Source of the DNA: Pseudobacteriovorax sp. | GTDB lineage: Bacteria; Bdellovibrionota_B; Oligoflexia; Oligoflexales; Oligoflexaceae | Length of the DNA: 21,288 nucleotides | NCBI GenBank assembly: GCA_050293845.1 | Contig: JBNKNM010000086.1 | Location: 1 to 21,288, forward strand | Reading direction: 5' to 3' | Shown here: one piece after another, positions 7,627 through 16,350 of the stretch | Numbering within the stretch: position 1 is the stretch's first letter | Layout: each line of letters starts with the position of its first letter | Notes under the pieces: model-generated | What the model was told of the DNA's origin: nothing | The model's input: the letters and a program-made list of their open reading frames with translations, nothing else | Databases searched by the model: none | Position numbers and translations under genes: made by a program

Positions 7627-8649
7627 ATGACTAAACTCTCTTATTTATTAGTATTTCTAGTGTTAGGCTGTGGTAATCCCAAGGATTCAGAGGAGAACCA
7701 AGAACAGATGCAAGCCGGAGCTGAGGGCAACGATATATCTACTGTTGCCGATGATCTCGACACCCCATTTACTGAGTATTGCCGCTCCCAAGAGCAGGGC
7801 GCAGATATATCAGCTTTAAAAGAGACCCTTTATGCGGACCATTGTTCCCAGCTACAGCTTCGTTTAGAAAGCAGCCCTAACCTTGTATTAAACGGAGCTG
7901 CGGTTACAAATATCGAAGCCCTCAAATTCTTCGATCATCTTGAATCCATCGACCTGCAGCAGACCAACGTCTCCGACCTAGGTCCTTTGTCGTCCCTAAG
8001 TAAATTGAAAAGCTTAAAGATATCTGAAACTAAAGTCACCGATTTATCACCTTTAGCTACAGTTCAGAGCCTCCGCGATTTTGAAGCTGAAAATCTTACT
8101 ATTCAAAATCCAACGGCCCTTGGGGGATTATCTGATCTCAATATCTTGCGCCTTAATAATAGTGGCATCAGCGATGTCTCCTTTCTTGCTAACTTAAGCA
8201 ATTTAACGGATCTAAGAATATCGAATAACAATATAAGTGATCTAACACCCCTATCTCAGTCAACGAGCTTGGTTTATATTGAAGCAAGCGACAATAATAT
8301 TGCCGATATTTCGGTCTTAGCTAACCATAGCAATCTGCGGGAATTTTTCATGTCAGGTAATGCTATTACCGATATTTCTCCTTTGAGTGGTTTGACAAAT
8401 ATCGAGTTTATAGAAGTGAGTGACAACGGTATCGTAGATCTTACTTCTTTAGCGGGGCTCACTAAGGTGAAATACCTTTTGCTGGATGGTAACGGTGTGG
8501 AAAGCCTGATTCCGATTAAAGGCCTAAGCATAGGGTCTGAGCTTAGCGTGGAAGAAAACCCCTTGGGGACTACTGTAGCTAAAACGGAGGCGAACTGTCC
8601 GACAGATGCCCAGACGAGCACAGAGATAGTGCGTTTTTGCCAGAACTAG
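7627..8649 (+). CDS. Internalin-like leucine-rich-repeat lipoprotein (paralogue 2)
   Basis: RBS AAGGA; lipobox VLGC; about ten 22-aa LRRs (e.g. LTDLRISNNNISDLTPLS). The caps match those of the 3060-4070 protein (NPLGTT…NCP.D..TS..I..FC). Confidence 0.92.
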   Translation: MTKLSYLLVFLVLGCGNPKDSEENQEQMQAGAEGNDISTVADDLDTPFTEYCRSQEQGADISALKETLYADHCSQLQLRLESSPNLVLNGAAVTNIEALKFFDHLESIDLQQTNVSDLGPLSSLSKLKSLKISETKVTDLSPLATVQSLRDFEAENLTIQNPTALGGLSDLNILRLNNSGISDVSFLANLSNLTDLRISNNNISDLTPLSQSTSLVYIEASDNNIADISVLANHSNLREFFMSGNAITDISPLSGLTNIEFIEVSDNGIVDLTSLAGLTKVKYLLLDGNGVESLIPIKGLSIGSELSVEENPLGTTVAKTEANCPTDAQTSTEIVRFCQN

Positions 8650-8726
8650 AGCAAAAGGTTTGCAGACTATAATGATAGTACTAAAACTATACCAGTTTCC
8701 AAGTATTTTAATATAGGAAGGGTCAT

Positions 8727-9614
8727 ATGGAGGCTCAGTTTTGACCAGCAGCTGTCATGCAGTCCACCAGTTGATAAAAAAATCACATCCAAAATCCGAT
8801 GGTATCTGGCCTGTTTGGAAGAAATTTAAGAAAAAAGAAAGACTGTTGAACAAGGTCAAGTCATCTATTTGGAAACTTTAGGTAGCTTTCTCGATAAAGA
8901 CGAAATATCGATGATGGAGGGGTTTATCAAGGATTCAAAAGATACTATTCAAAAATTGTCAAGCTATTACCCGAGAGTAGTATTTGAAACAATAGATGGG
9001 ATACTGCAATAACTGGCAGGAGGTAGGAAAGGATTTTTTTTCCTTTCGATTTTGACTATCAAATCCCTCATATAGACAAGGATGGATTACGTAAACCCCA
9101 CATTCCCGCGAAAATTTAAGATGTTCCATAAATTTCGTAGGCATATGGTTCAAATAGTTTGATAATCTTGAGCCTCAAGTCGTTTTATCGAACGTTCAAA
9201 TGGCGAATGTGACTTAAACAAGTTCTTGGGCATTATCGGCTATTTATGAACTGGCTCGATTTTAATGCCAAAAAATTGTATAAATACATAAATCAAGTAC
9301 CTTTGAGAGAGGTTGTATTAGATCAGATGACGGTCTATTTTTATATAAATAGGTCGGCTGTTGAACAAATTTTAAATGATAGAGTCGTTGAGAATTTCGT
9401 TAGTGGGATTGAGGTAGGAAAGTCAATTCAGCAGCGATTTCCGGATGGGGCTTCAATCGTTCTAAGCGGGAATATCCCCCATTGGATTCAAAATAAACTA
9501 GAGCCTGCAAGTTGACTTAATCACGCATTTGATGAGTTTAGTAACATTGAATATTATTGGCACAAAGTTGTTGATGTGACATTCGGCAGTACAATTCCAA
9601 AAATGATCATTTAG
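8727..9614 (+). pseudogene. Probable remnant of an unidentified gene
   Basis: ATG 8727 follows GGAAGGG. A 1-nt shift in TTTT enters a frame that is open to 9012 except for one TAA (8827-8829). ORF 9246-9515 continues protein-like past its TGA to TAG 9612-9614. No family recognised. Confidence 0.35.
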
Positions 9615-9800
9615 GAAATAATCAAATTAGAGATAATAACTAAAACTAGGAAAATCCCCCAGTTCTAGTAAGGACACCGATGAAGATTCCGACTTCAGAG
9701 ATAAGGTTACTCAGCTGATCAGGCGAAACGTCATATTGTTTTAGAATTGAAAATCGTTCCATCTGCTCATTGTCGAAAACCCCATGTGTCTAGGTACTTG

Positions 9801-10271
9801 TCAGAGGTTTTCCTTAATCCAATTATACACATCATCATGATGGGTTTTAGTTTTAACCTTATCTATAATATGCCTTAAGCGTCCATCAGAGCTTATGATG
9901 AAAGTTGTTCTTACTATTCCCATATATTCGCGGCCATAATTTTTTTTCAAAGCCCAGACCCCATATTTTTTGGCAATTTTATGGTCTTCGTCAGAAAGTA
10001 ATGTGAAATTCAAACTCTCTTTATCAGAGAATTTTCGCAATCTTTCAACCGAATCAGGGCTGACCCCTAGAACAACAGTACTGATTTTTGCTAATTCTTT
10101 TTTATAATCGCGAATACCACATGCTTGAACAGTGCATCCAGGTGTCATAGCCTTAGGGTAAAAATATAGAACAATATGTTTTTTATCTTTATAGTCTTTT
10201 AAACTTACTTTTTCCCCATCTTGGTTGTAGAGGGTAAAAGCGGGTGCTAAATTACCGATTTTTGCGGGCAT
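9801..10271 (-). CDS. bcp: Thioredoxin-dependent thiol peroxidase (BCP/PrxQ)
   Basis: VLYFYPKAMTPGCTVQAC (peroxidatic and resolving Cys), VLGVSPD, RTTFII. ATG 10271 follows the RBS AAAGGAGA. Confidence 0.95.
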   Translation of the reverse strand: MPAKIGNLAPAFTLYNQDGEKVSLKDYKDKKHIVLYFYPKAMTPGCTVQACGIRDYKKELAKISTVVLGVSPDSVERLRKFSDKESLNFTLLSDEDHKIAKKYGVWALKKNYGREYMGIVRTTFIISSDGRLRHIIDKVKTKTHHDDVYNWIKENL

Positions 10272-10289
10272 AACGTCTCCTTTTATCAA

Positions 10290-11636
10290 TCAACCGGCTA
10301 TACTGATGTTTGTAAAGCGGATTTGGGGTGCAAAAAAAGTTCGTGATGAGTTGGAGTGAACCTTATCACCAACAGCAACAATTGATTCTAAAAGCTGAAA
10401 AAAGTTTCCTGATATTGTAACATCCCTCACATACTGATGAATCTCTCCACCCTTATAGTAGATACCTTCAATTGCCAGTGAGAAATGTCCGGAAATGGGG
10501 TTTGTTCCTGAATGAAGGCCCTTGAGGCCAATGACTTTGATATGATCCCCTGCAGAAACATCTTTGTCTTTAGTTTCCCCAGTATTGATAACAATATGAG
10601 TCCCTCCTACACCAAGGGCTCCTTTAGGAGATCGGGCTCCATGCCCCGTGCTTTTTATATTAAAGAAGTTCGCTGTTGCCGTATTATGATAAAGACTCTT
10701 TAAAACTCCTTTATCTACTAGAGTGAGCTCGGAGCGAGGATGGCCTTCGTCATCGAAAGAGCTATAGTAGAAGCCTTCTTTATACTGGGGGGAGTCAGTA
10801 ATTGTGATTAACGAGCTGGCAATACTTTGATTGATTTTATCTTTGAATCGACTTTTACCTTCCTTAGCAGCTTTTCCAGAAAAGCAACTCGCAAAACATC
10901 CAAATAACTGATCGAGCTGATCGGAGGTAAAAATAATATCGTATTTACCTGTGGAAACTGGTTTGCCACCAATAAGGGGGAGGGCATATTGCAAAGAGTT
11001 GGACACACATTTTTCAACATCTAATTGTGAAAATAAACGCGCATTGTCGAACTCTCCGTACATGGCTTGGCGTCCTCCCTCTTCGGCTAGGACGGAAGTA
11101 TAGCAACTAAATATTTTTTCTTGTTGTGCACAGTATGTCCCAAGATGATTCATATAGATTGATAGGGACTCTCCATCTGCATAAGAATTGTAAGGCGAGC
11201 TTTTAGCTCTTTTGTCTCCTCCCAAAATATTCGATTCTAACTGGAGTGATAAATCGATCTTACTTTCGATGGGAGTATTGTCTTCTTGGTATAGAAGAGG
11301 GTTGGATTCAGTAAAACTTTGTTCTGCTGGTATGCTGATAGTTTGATATTCATCAATCCCTGAAAATTGAGAAATCTCTAGGGCTTGGCTAACCATTTTC
11401 AATACAGCATTTTCTTCTAATGATTCAGAGTAGGAAATACCAACCCGTTGATCTTTGATGATGCGAATACCTAAAACATTTGAGCTGGTTACTTTGAATC
11501 TGTCAATTTCGCCATTTTGAGCACTTAGGGAAAGCGACTTTCCATTAGCTGCAATGATATCACAACCATCAACATTCTGATCCAAGGCAAAATTGATTGC
11601 TTTTTGACTTATGCTTCTTAGTGTATCTTGGCTCAC
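10290..11636 (-). CDS. pmbA: TldE/PmbA metalloprotease subunit
   Basis: FDDEGHP, STGHGAR, GLHSGTNPISGHFSL, VTISGNFFQLL; lacks HExxxH. The GTG start overlaps the tldD stop (GTGA). Confidence 0.92.
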   Translation of the reverse strand: MSQDTLRSISQKAINFALDQNVDGCDIIAANGKSLSLSAQNGEIDRFKVTSSNVLGIRIIKDQRVGISYSESLEENAVLKMVSQALEISQFSGIDEYQTISIPAEQSFTESNPLLYQEDNTPIESKIDLSLQLESNILGGDKRAKSSPYNSYADGESLSIYMNHLGTYCAQQEKIFSCYTSVLAEEGGRQAMYGEFDNARLFSQLDVEKCVSNSLQYALPLIGGKPVSTGKYDIIFTSDQLDQLFGCFASCFSGKAAKEGKSRFKDKINQSIASSLITITDSPQYKEGFYYSSFDDEGHPRSELTLVDKGVLKSLYHNTATANFFNIKSTGHGARSPKGALGVGGTHIVINTGETKDKDVSAGDHIKVIGLKGLHSGTNPISGHFSLAIEGIYYKGGEIHQYVRDVTISGNFFQLLESIVAVGDKVHSNSSRTFFAPQIRFTNISIAG

Positions 11637-13027
11637 GATGCCTCCCCTCCTACTAAAATTTCATCGACTTTGATGGCAGCTTGTCCCACTGTTACGGGAA
11701 TTGAGCCACTGACACTGCCGCACATTCCGGGGGCCAGTGAAAAATTAGAGCCGACCATACTTATTTTTTTGAGAGTGTCCGGACCTGAACCTATAAGGGT
11801 GGCTCCTTTAACAGCCTCTCCTACTTTTCCATTTTCAATGAGATAGGCTTCTTCAATGGCAAAGTTGAAATCTCCTGTACCGGGAGTCACCGAGCCACCT
11901 CCCATAACCTTTGCATAAATCCCATAGTCGACCGAATTTATTAGCTCGTCAAAGGAGTAGTCCCCCGGTTCAATAAATGTATTGCTCATACGTGAGGCGG
12001 GAGCAAACTTGTATGACTGACGTCGCCCTGAACCGGAGCATTTATAGCCTGTCTTAATCTCACCCATACGATCCACTAGAAAATTCACAAGCTTACCATC
12101 TTTAATGAGTTGTGTGCGGCTAGTTTTCATGCCTTCATCATCGATAGCTGCAGTACCCCACATACCATCTATGGTGCCATCATCAACGGCGCTTACGGCA
12201 GGATTTGCAATCATTTCCCCCATTTTGTCATGGAATACAGAAGCTTTCTTTTCAACTCCTGTTGTTTCTAGGAGGTGGCCACAAGCCTCGTGGAAAATCA
12301 CACCACCAAAACCATTATCGATAATCACAGGCATCTTTCCAGCAGGACAAGGCTTGGCATTGAGTACTGTAATGGCTCTTTGGGCCAGCATTTCGGCAAG
12401 CTCCTCCGGATCTAAGCCTTCTATATATTCCCAACCAAAAGTACCACCAGGTCCAGCATAGGCGCGCGATTGCTCATTGCCATCTTGTGCAATGGCGGAA
12501 GTAGAAAGCCTGGTGTAATGTCTTTCCTCAGAGACCATAAGATTTTCAGAATTAAATATTTGAATATTTTGCCAGCGTTGAATTGCGGAAATATCAACCT
12601 GAACGATCTTATCGAAAGTTCGCAATTTTTGGTTTAGGTTCGCCAAAAAATCAACTTTTTTGTTAATGGGGTACTCAGAGTTCAAACCATGGGTGGCTGT
12701 GGCGGTATGCTGTATCATATCCTCTGTGGCAAAACTGAGAACTTGATGTCCGGACGTAGCTTGCTTGGCATCCTGGGAACAGAGCAAATTGGTGATCCGC
12801 AACAGCTCCTCACGATTCATCTGGTTAGTATACCCGTACAAGGCTTTGTTCCCAAACACTACCCTGATACCAATACCAAAGTCGGTGCCGGTTCTGATAT
12901 CCCTTACCTGACTGTCACCAAAGGAAATGGCAGTACCGATATTGTTTTCAACGAATATATCGACAAAATTGGCACCCTTTTCCATTCCTGTGGCGATGAT
13001 GTCTTCAGCTACTTTTTTATCCAGCAT
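11633..13027 (-). CDS. tldD: TldD metalloprotease
   Basis: GGVIFHEACGHLLE (HExxxH), IDDEG, SGSGRRQSY, SRMSNTF, GATLIGSG, GMCGSVSGSIPVTVGQ. ATG 13027 after AGGAGAG is preferred over 13105. Confidence 0.95.
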   Translation of the reverse strand: MLDKKVAEDIIATGMEKGANFVDIFVENNIGTAISFGDSQVRDIRTGTDFGIGIRVVFGNKALYGYTNQMNREELLRITNLLCSQDAKQATSGHQVLSFATEDMIQHTATATHGLNSEYPINKKVDFLANLNQKLRTFDKIVQVDISAIQRWQNIQIFNSENLMVSEERHYTRLSTSAIAQDGNEQSRAYAGPGGTFGWEYIEGLDPEELAEMLAQRAITVLNAKPCPAGKMPVIIDNGFGGVIFHEACGHLLETTGVEKKASVFHDKMGEMIANPAVSAVDDGTIDGMWGTAAIDDEGMKTSRTQLIKDGKLVNFLVDRMGEIKTGYKCSGSGRRQSYKFAPASRMSNTFIEPGDYSFDELINSVDYGIYAKVMGGGSVTPGTGDFNFAIEEAYLIENGKVGEAVKGATLIGSGPDTLKKISMVGSNFSLAPGMCGSVSGSIPVTVGQAAIKVDEILVGGEAS

Positions 13028-13184
13028 GATCTCTCCTGAGTAGTAAAACTCCCTAGCTTTACTATACCAAACGCAAAAGTAAAAGCCTCCTAAAAAGAAT
13101 GACATTTTTACTTATCAAACTTGCGTATTTTTACTATCTGGACTTAATTCGGTACGCCGTAAAACATCTTCCTTCAGGTGGACG

Positions 13185-13382
13185 GTAGCAGGTGCGAGTT
13201 AACTTTAGTTAACGGTTGGTATATTAAGGTTGAGTGCTCTCAAAACTTTCACTAGCTTGGCAGTGTCCCGCAAGGAACTACGCCGTAGGTCCGACGGTTA
13301 GGGCTTTGATAAGTCACCCACTTCAATAAGAATCCACTGTCTTCAGTAGCAGAGGTTCCAAAGATTAGTTAAGTACTGCTAT
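13185..13382 (+). ncRNA. Candidate rod-shaped structured RNA, possibly 6S RNA
   Basis: Nested complementarity seen by eye: GUAGCA-G-GUGC (13185-13195) with GUACUGCUAU (13373-13382); UUAACU with AGUUAA; UGAGUG (13231-36) with CACCCA (13315-20); UCAAAACUUU (13240-49) with AGGGCUUUGA (13300-09); apical GGC/GCC, AGU/ACU, UCC/GGA. About 198 nt with a central bubble. Identity and strand are inference. Confidence 0.35.
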
Positions 13383-14267
13383 GGGAGCTCCGGAGATGGA
13401 TAGGAGACTGTTTGTAGTAAGAATAGCAGCATCGCCACTGACGGCTTTATTTTCAACATCAAGCCATATCGCCATGGAAGATATCTCATCCTCGAACGTA
13501 GTAACAGGCATTTCAACCAGATTCCAGACCCATTTTTGTTCTTTTCTTTTGAGTAAGACAAATTTTTTCTCGCTCGTCAAAAACCAATATCCGCCATCAT
13601 TAGTCTGTCCAGATGACACTATTGCTCCCACATTTTCGTAGGGAAGCTCCGCCTTAAGTTCGTAGGCTGAAGCCACGCCGTTGATAACGGAAAAAAGACC
13701 TATATAGTTACCCATTTCCAGTATCAAAGATTCTTTGGTGATCCCAAGAACACGCGTACTTTCACGATTGCCCGAAAGCTTGGTTAGATCAAAATTGAGC
13801 AAAACTATTTGGTTTTCTTCAGCATCATCAACAAATTTCCGCTTTGATACCAGTGTAGAGCTTACCATCCAAAGATCATCGTCAGGTAGGGTATAAATTT
13901 TACGTTCAGGGTATTCACTAGGATTTAGTCTAGGTAAATTGTCTTGAAGGCCAGCGGCATCACCGTAACTCCAAGAAAATCCGTCAGAACCAAACAAAAC
14001 TATGGTGTTTTGATCGATTTTAGAGATGAGACTGATATTTTCAAAGTCTTGAAATTGTTCGAAATTAGCTGCTGTGGATAAGGTGATTCCAGAAAAATTT
14101 TGGACGGTATTGTCGACAATGGTATCTTCAACGCCGGTAGGCTGCTCACCCTTGACATCATTGTCCGCTTGCAGCGACTGTATAGTGCTGCGTTTACTGA
14201 TTTCTTTCGCCCCTTCGTTGCAGGAAATGGTTGTTAAACAAAACCCTATGATAAGTAATTTTTGCAC
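13365..14267 (-). CDS. Hypothetical lipoprotein (beta-rich, possibly propeller-like)
   Basis: GTG start after GGGGGA; lipobox TISC; repeated short strands with DDLWMVS/GGYWFLT-type motifs. Confidence 0.8.
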   Translation of the reverse strand: MQKLLIIGFCLTTISCNEGAKEISKRSTIQSLQADNDVKGEQPTGVEDTIVDNTVQNFSGITLSTAANFEQFQDFENISLISKIDQNTIVLFGSDGFSWSYGDAAGLQDNLPRLNPSEYPERKIYTLPDDDLWMVSSTLVSKRKFVDDAEENQIVLLNFDLTKLSGNRESTRVLGITKESLILEMGNYIGLFSVINGVASAYELKAELPYENVGAIVSSGQTNDGGYWFLTSEKKFVLLKRKEQKWVWNLVEMPVTTFEDEISSMAIWLDVENKAVSGDAAILTTNSLLSISGAPIAVLN

Positions 14268-14331
14268 TTTTAATATCCCCCCGCAATCACTTCTCTGTTG
14301 TCACAAAATATTTTGACAAGACTGATTTATA

Positions 14332-14360
14332 CTATCGGAAGAAAACGATGTAGATTTTAG
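14332..14360 (-). promoter_or_regulatory. Sigma28 (FliA)-like promoter for the 13365-14267 lipoprotein gene
   Basis: Minus strand reads CTAAA-N16-TCCGATAG, the same boxes and spacing as at 2256-2284. Confidence 0.55.
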
Positions 14361-14438
14361 TTCTGAGGGAGGATTTTGTAATTGTTTTTAATTATTATCC
14401 TAAGTAAGGGACTAAAACAGCAGGGAAAAGGGGACTTC

Positions 14439-15122
14439 CTAACGAAGTCTTACTCCCGGCTGACGCCGTCCCCGTGGCTTGAAATATGGTAAAAGAAATC
14501 CAGCTAAAGCTCCTAAGGCCACTGCCAGCAATCCTAACTTGATACCTTCATTTCGCTGATTGTTACTGAGGGTGGAATTTTCTTTTTCGATATTTTTGAG
14601 GCGCAAAGCCAGCTGCTGCTCCGTTTTTTTAAGAATCTCGTTTTGTCGATAAACTCCAAGGGTATCAGCAGCGGCTTTTTTGATATCTTCTAGCTTCTGT
14701 TCCAGAGCTTTTTTCTGATGCTCTAACGTCGATTTCTCATGATTCAATTGCTCTAGCTGCTTTTTCAATTTGAGCATGGTGGCTGTCAGTGGCTCTTGTT
14801 TGGATTCTACTGATTTTAGAGTGTCCTTGAGCCTTTTTAGCTCCATTTTGGCAATAGGCTCATCAACTAGGTATCGCGCTTTAACCCAACCAATAGACTT
14901 AGTATCGTCCTGTACGCGAACTTTGAGAAAATTACCAGTGGGATCTTCATCTAGGACGGAAACTACGGTGCCACTTTTTAGGTGCCTGATAACAGCACCT
15001 TGGTTTTCATCTTGAGTTTTTAAAGGAATATAGAGCACATCGGAAACATATTTGGTTGCAGCAAATGAGCTAAGACTGAGCCAGATGAGGGCGCAGACAA
15101 TTGCTAGATTTTTGAAAAGCAT
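14439..15122 (-). CDS. SH3 domain / coiled-coil / C-terminal TM protein (TIGR04211, YgiM-like)
   Basis: Signal peptide; YVSDVLYIPLK…LKSGTVVSVL…GWVKARYLVDEP bacterial SH3; long coiled coil; C-terminal TM helix with a basic tail. Confidence 0.88.
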   Translation of the reverse strand: MLFKNLAIVCALIWLSLSSFAATKYVSDVLYIPLKTQDENQGAVIRHLKSGTVVSVLDEDPTGNFLKVRVQDDTKSIGWVKARYLVDEPIAKMELKRLKDTLKSVESKQEPLTATMLKLKKQLEQLNHEKSTLEHQKKALEQKLEDIKKAAADTLGVYRQNEILKKTEQQLALRLKNIEKENSTLSNNQRNEGIKLGLLAVALGALAGFLLPYFKPRGRRQPGVRLR

Positions 15123-15264
15123 TTTTTCTCCACAGTTTATTTCATCGTCTAGTTCTCAGAATACTAAACCAACTTTAGAAATCAATTTGAAACTATTTTT
15201 TGGTCATTGATTTTATGGGAAATCCTAGGTAACCTCTTGTAAAATAAGAAAATTGAGGACATAC

Positions 15265-16227
15265 ATGAAATTACTTATCCTGCTGATAGGGTTATGTATC
15301 GCTATGTTGTTTTCCTATCTACAGTGGATGAACAGTTCTGCAAGTCAGCGCGAAGGTGATCTCTTGCAAGTCTTCCCCATGGTCAAAGACCGCTACTCCC
15401 TTGTCATGTTCGGAGACTATGGGACCGGGTCCCCTGATCAACAGAAGCTATTTGAAGCTCTTGAATCCTATTGCTTAGAATATGGTATCGACGCCATTTT
15501 TCTATTAGGGGATAACATTTATATGGATGGGGTTGCTAGCCCCCGTGATCCAAAATGGAAGCAGGTCATTGAGGATCCATTTTCTCGTCTATGTATTAGT
15601 AAAGTTCCTCTCTATCCCATATTAGGAAACCATGATTATAAAGGTAATCCTGATGCGCAAATATCTTACTCAAGGATGAATAGCCAATGGAATTTCCCCA
15701 ATCGCTTTTATTCCGTCAAATTTGGTGACGTCCTAGAAGTCATTGCACTGGATACCAGCTATTTAGATTATTGTGGCGATCAAGACAAATGTGCATTAGA
15801 TTTTCTATTACAGCGTAAGTCAAAGTCTTTAGCTAAGTGGAAAATGGCTATTGGCCATCATCCAGCTATCAGCTCTAGTTCAAAACATAAGAATGATTTT
15901 TTAGGAATGGCTCTTAAGTACTTTACTTGCGACTTGAATGCCTATATTGCGGCTCATTCTCATCATCTGGAGCATCTAAACGACCAATCATGTTTAGCCG
16001 ACTACTTCATTTCAGGAGCTGGTGGTGCTCACTTATACCCTGTTCATCAGCAACGTATGGAAAGTAACTTCGCAAAAGCAAGCTTTGGATTTCTTGCTTT
16101 TGATATCATGTCACGGGGTGTTGACTATAGGTTCTATGATACTAAAGGGAAGGTGCTATACCGGCACTCACCCTTTGCGGTAGCTCATCAGCAGGATGAA
16201 CTGCCAGAAGACTCGTTGCCGCTGTAA
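15265..16227 (+). CDS. Metallophosphoesterase, purple/tartrate-resistant acid phosphatase-like
   Basis: Motifs GDYG, GDNIY, GNHD, GHHP, AHSH and SGAGG; N-terminal signal/anchor. ATG 15265 follows GAGG. Confidence 0.9.
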   Translation: MKLLILLIGLCIAMLFSYLQWMNSSASQREGDLLQVFPMVKDRYSLVMFGDYGTGSPDQQKLFEALESYCLEYGIDAIFLLGDNIYMDGVASPRDPKWKQVIEDPFSRLCISKVPLYPILGNHDYKGNPDAQISYSRMNSQWNFPNRFYSVKFGDVLEVIALDTSYLDYCGDQDKCALDFLLQRKSKSLAKWKMAIGHHPAISSSSKHKNDFLGMALKYFTCDLNAYIAAHSHHLEHLNDQSCLADYFISGAGGAHLYPVHQQRMESNFAKASFGFLAFDIMSRGVDYRFYDTKGKVLYRHSPFAVAHQQDELPEDSLPL

Positions 16228-16350
16228 AGTATTCTCATAAGTAGTCTTTAGTAAAATTAGGCAACTGTTTTGATGGCGATTATTTGATGCTATAGCAAGC
16301 TGTTACTTTGGATCGACTGAGGAATCTTTTTTAATTCCTATACAGAGTTG

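Noticed and set aside
10290..13027. RiPP/microcin biosynthetic cluster around tldDE
   Set aside because: No precursor peptide, YcaO or other modification enzyme, or exporter is adjacent.
13028..13105. Upstream extensions of tldD (also of LRR1 3021, bcp 10289, phosphatase 15253, hslO 17549)
   Set aside because: The downstream ATGs have clear SD sequences and give family-typical N-termini.
13185..13382. Lysine riboswitch (GUAGCAGGUGCG…CAAUA…ACUGUC…GCUAU resemblance)
   Set aside because: Core motifs are incomplete and no + strand gene lies downstream to regulate.
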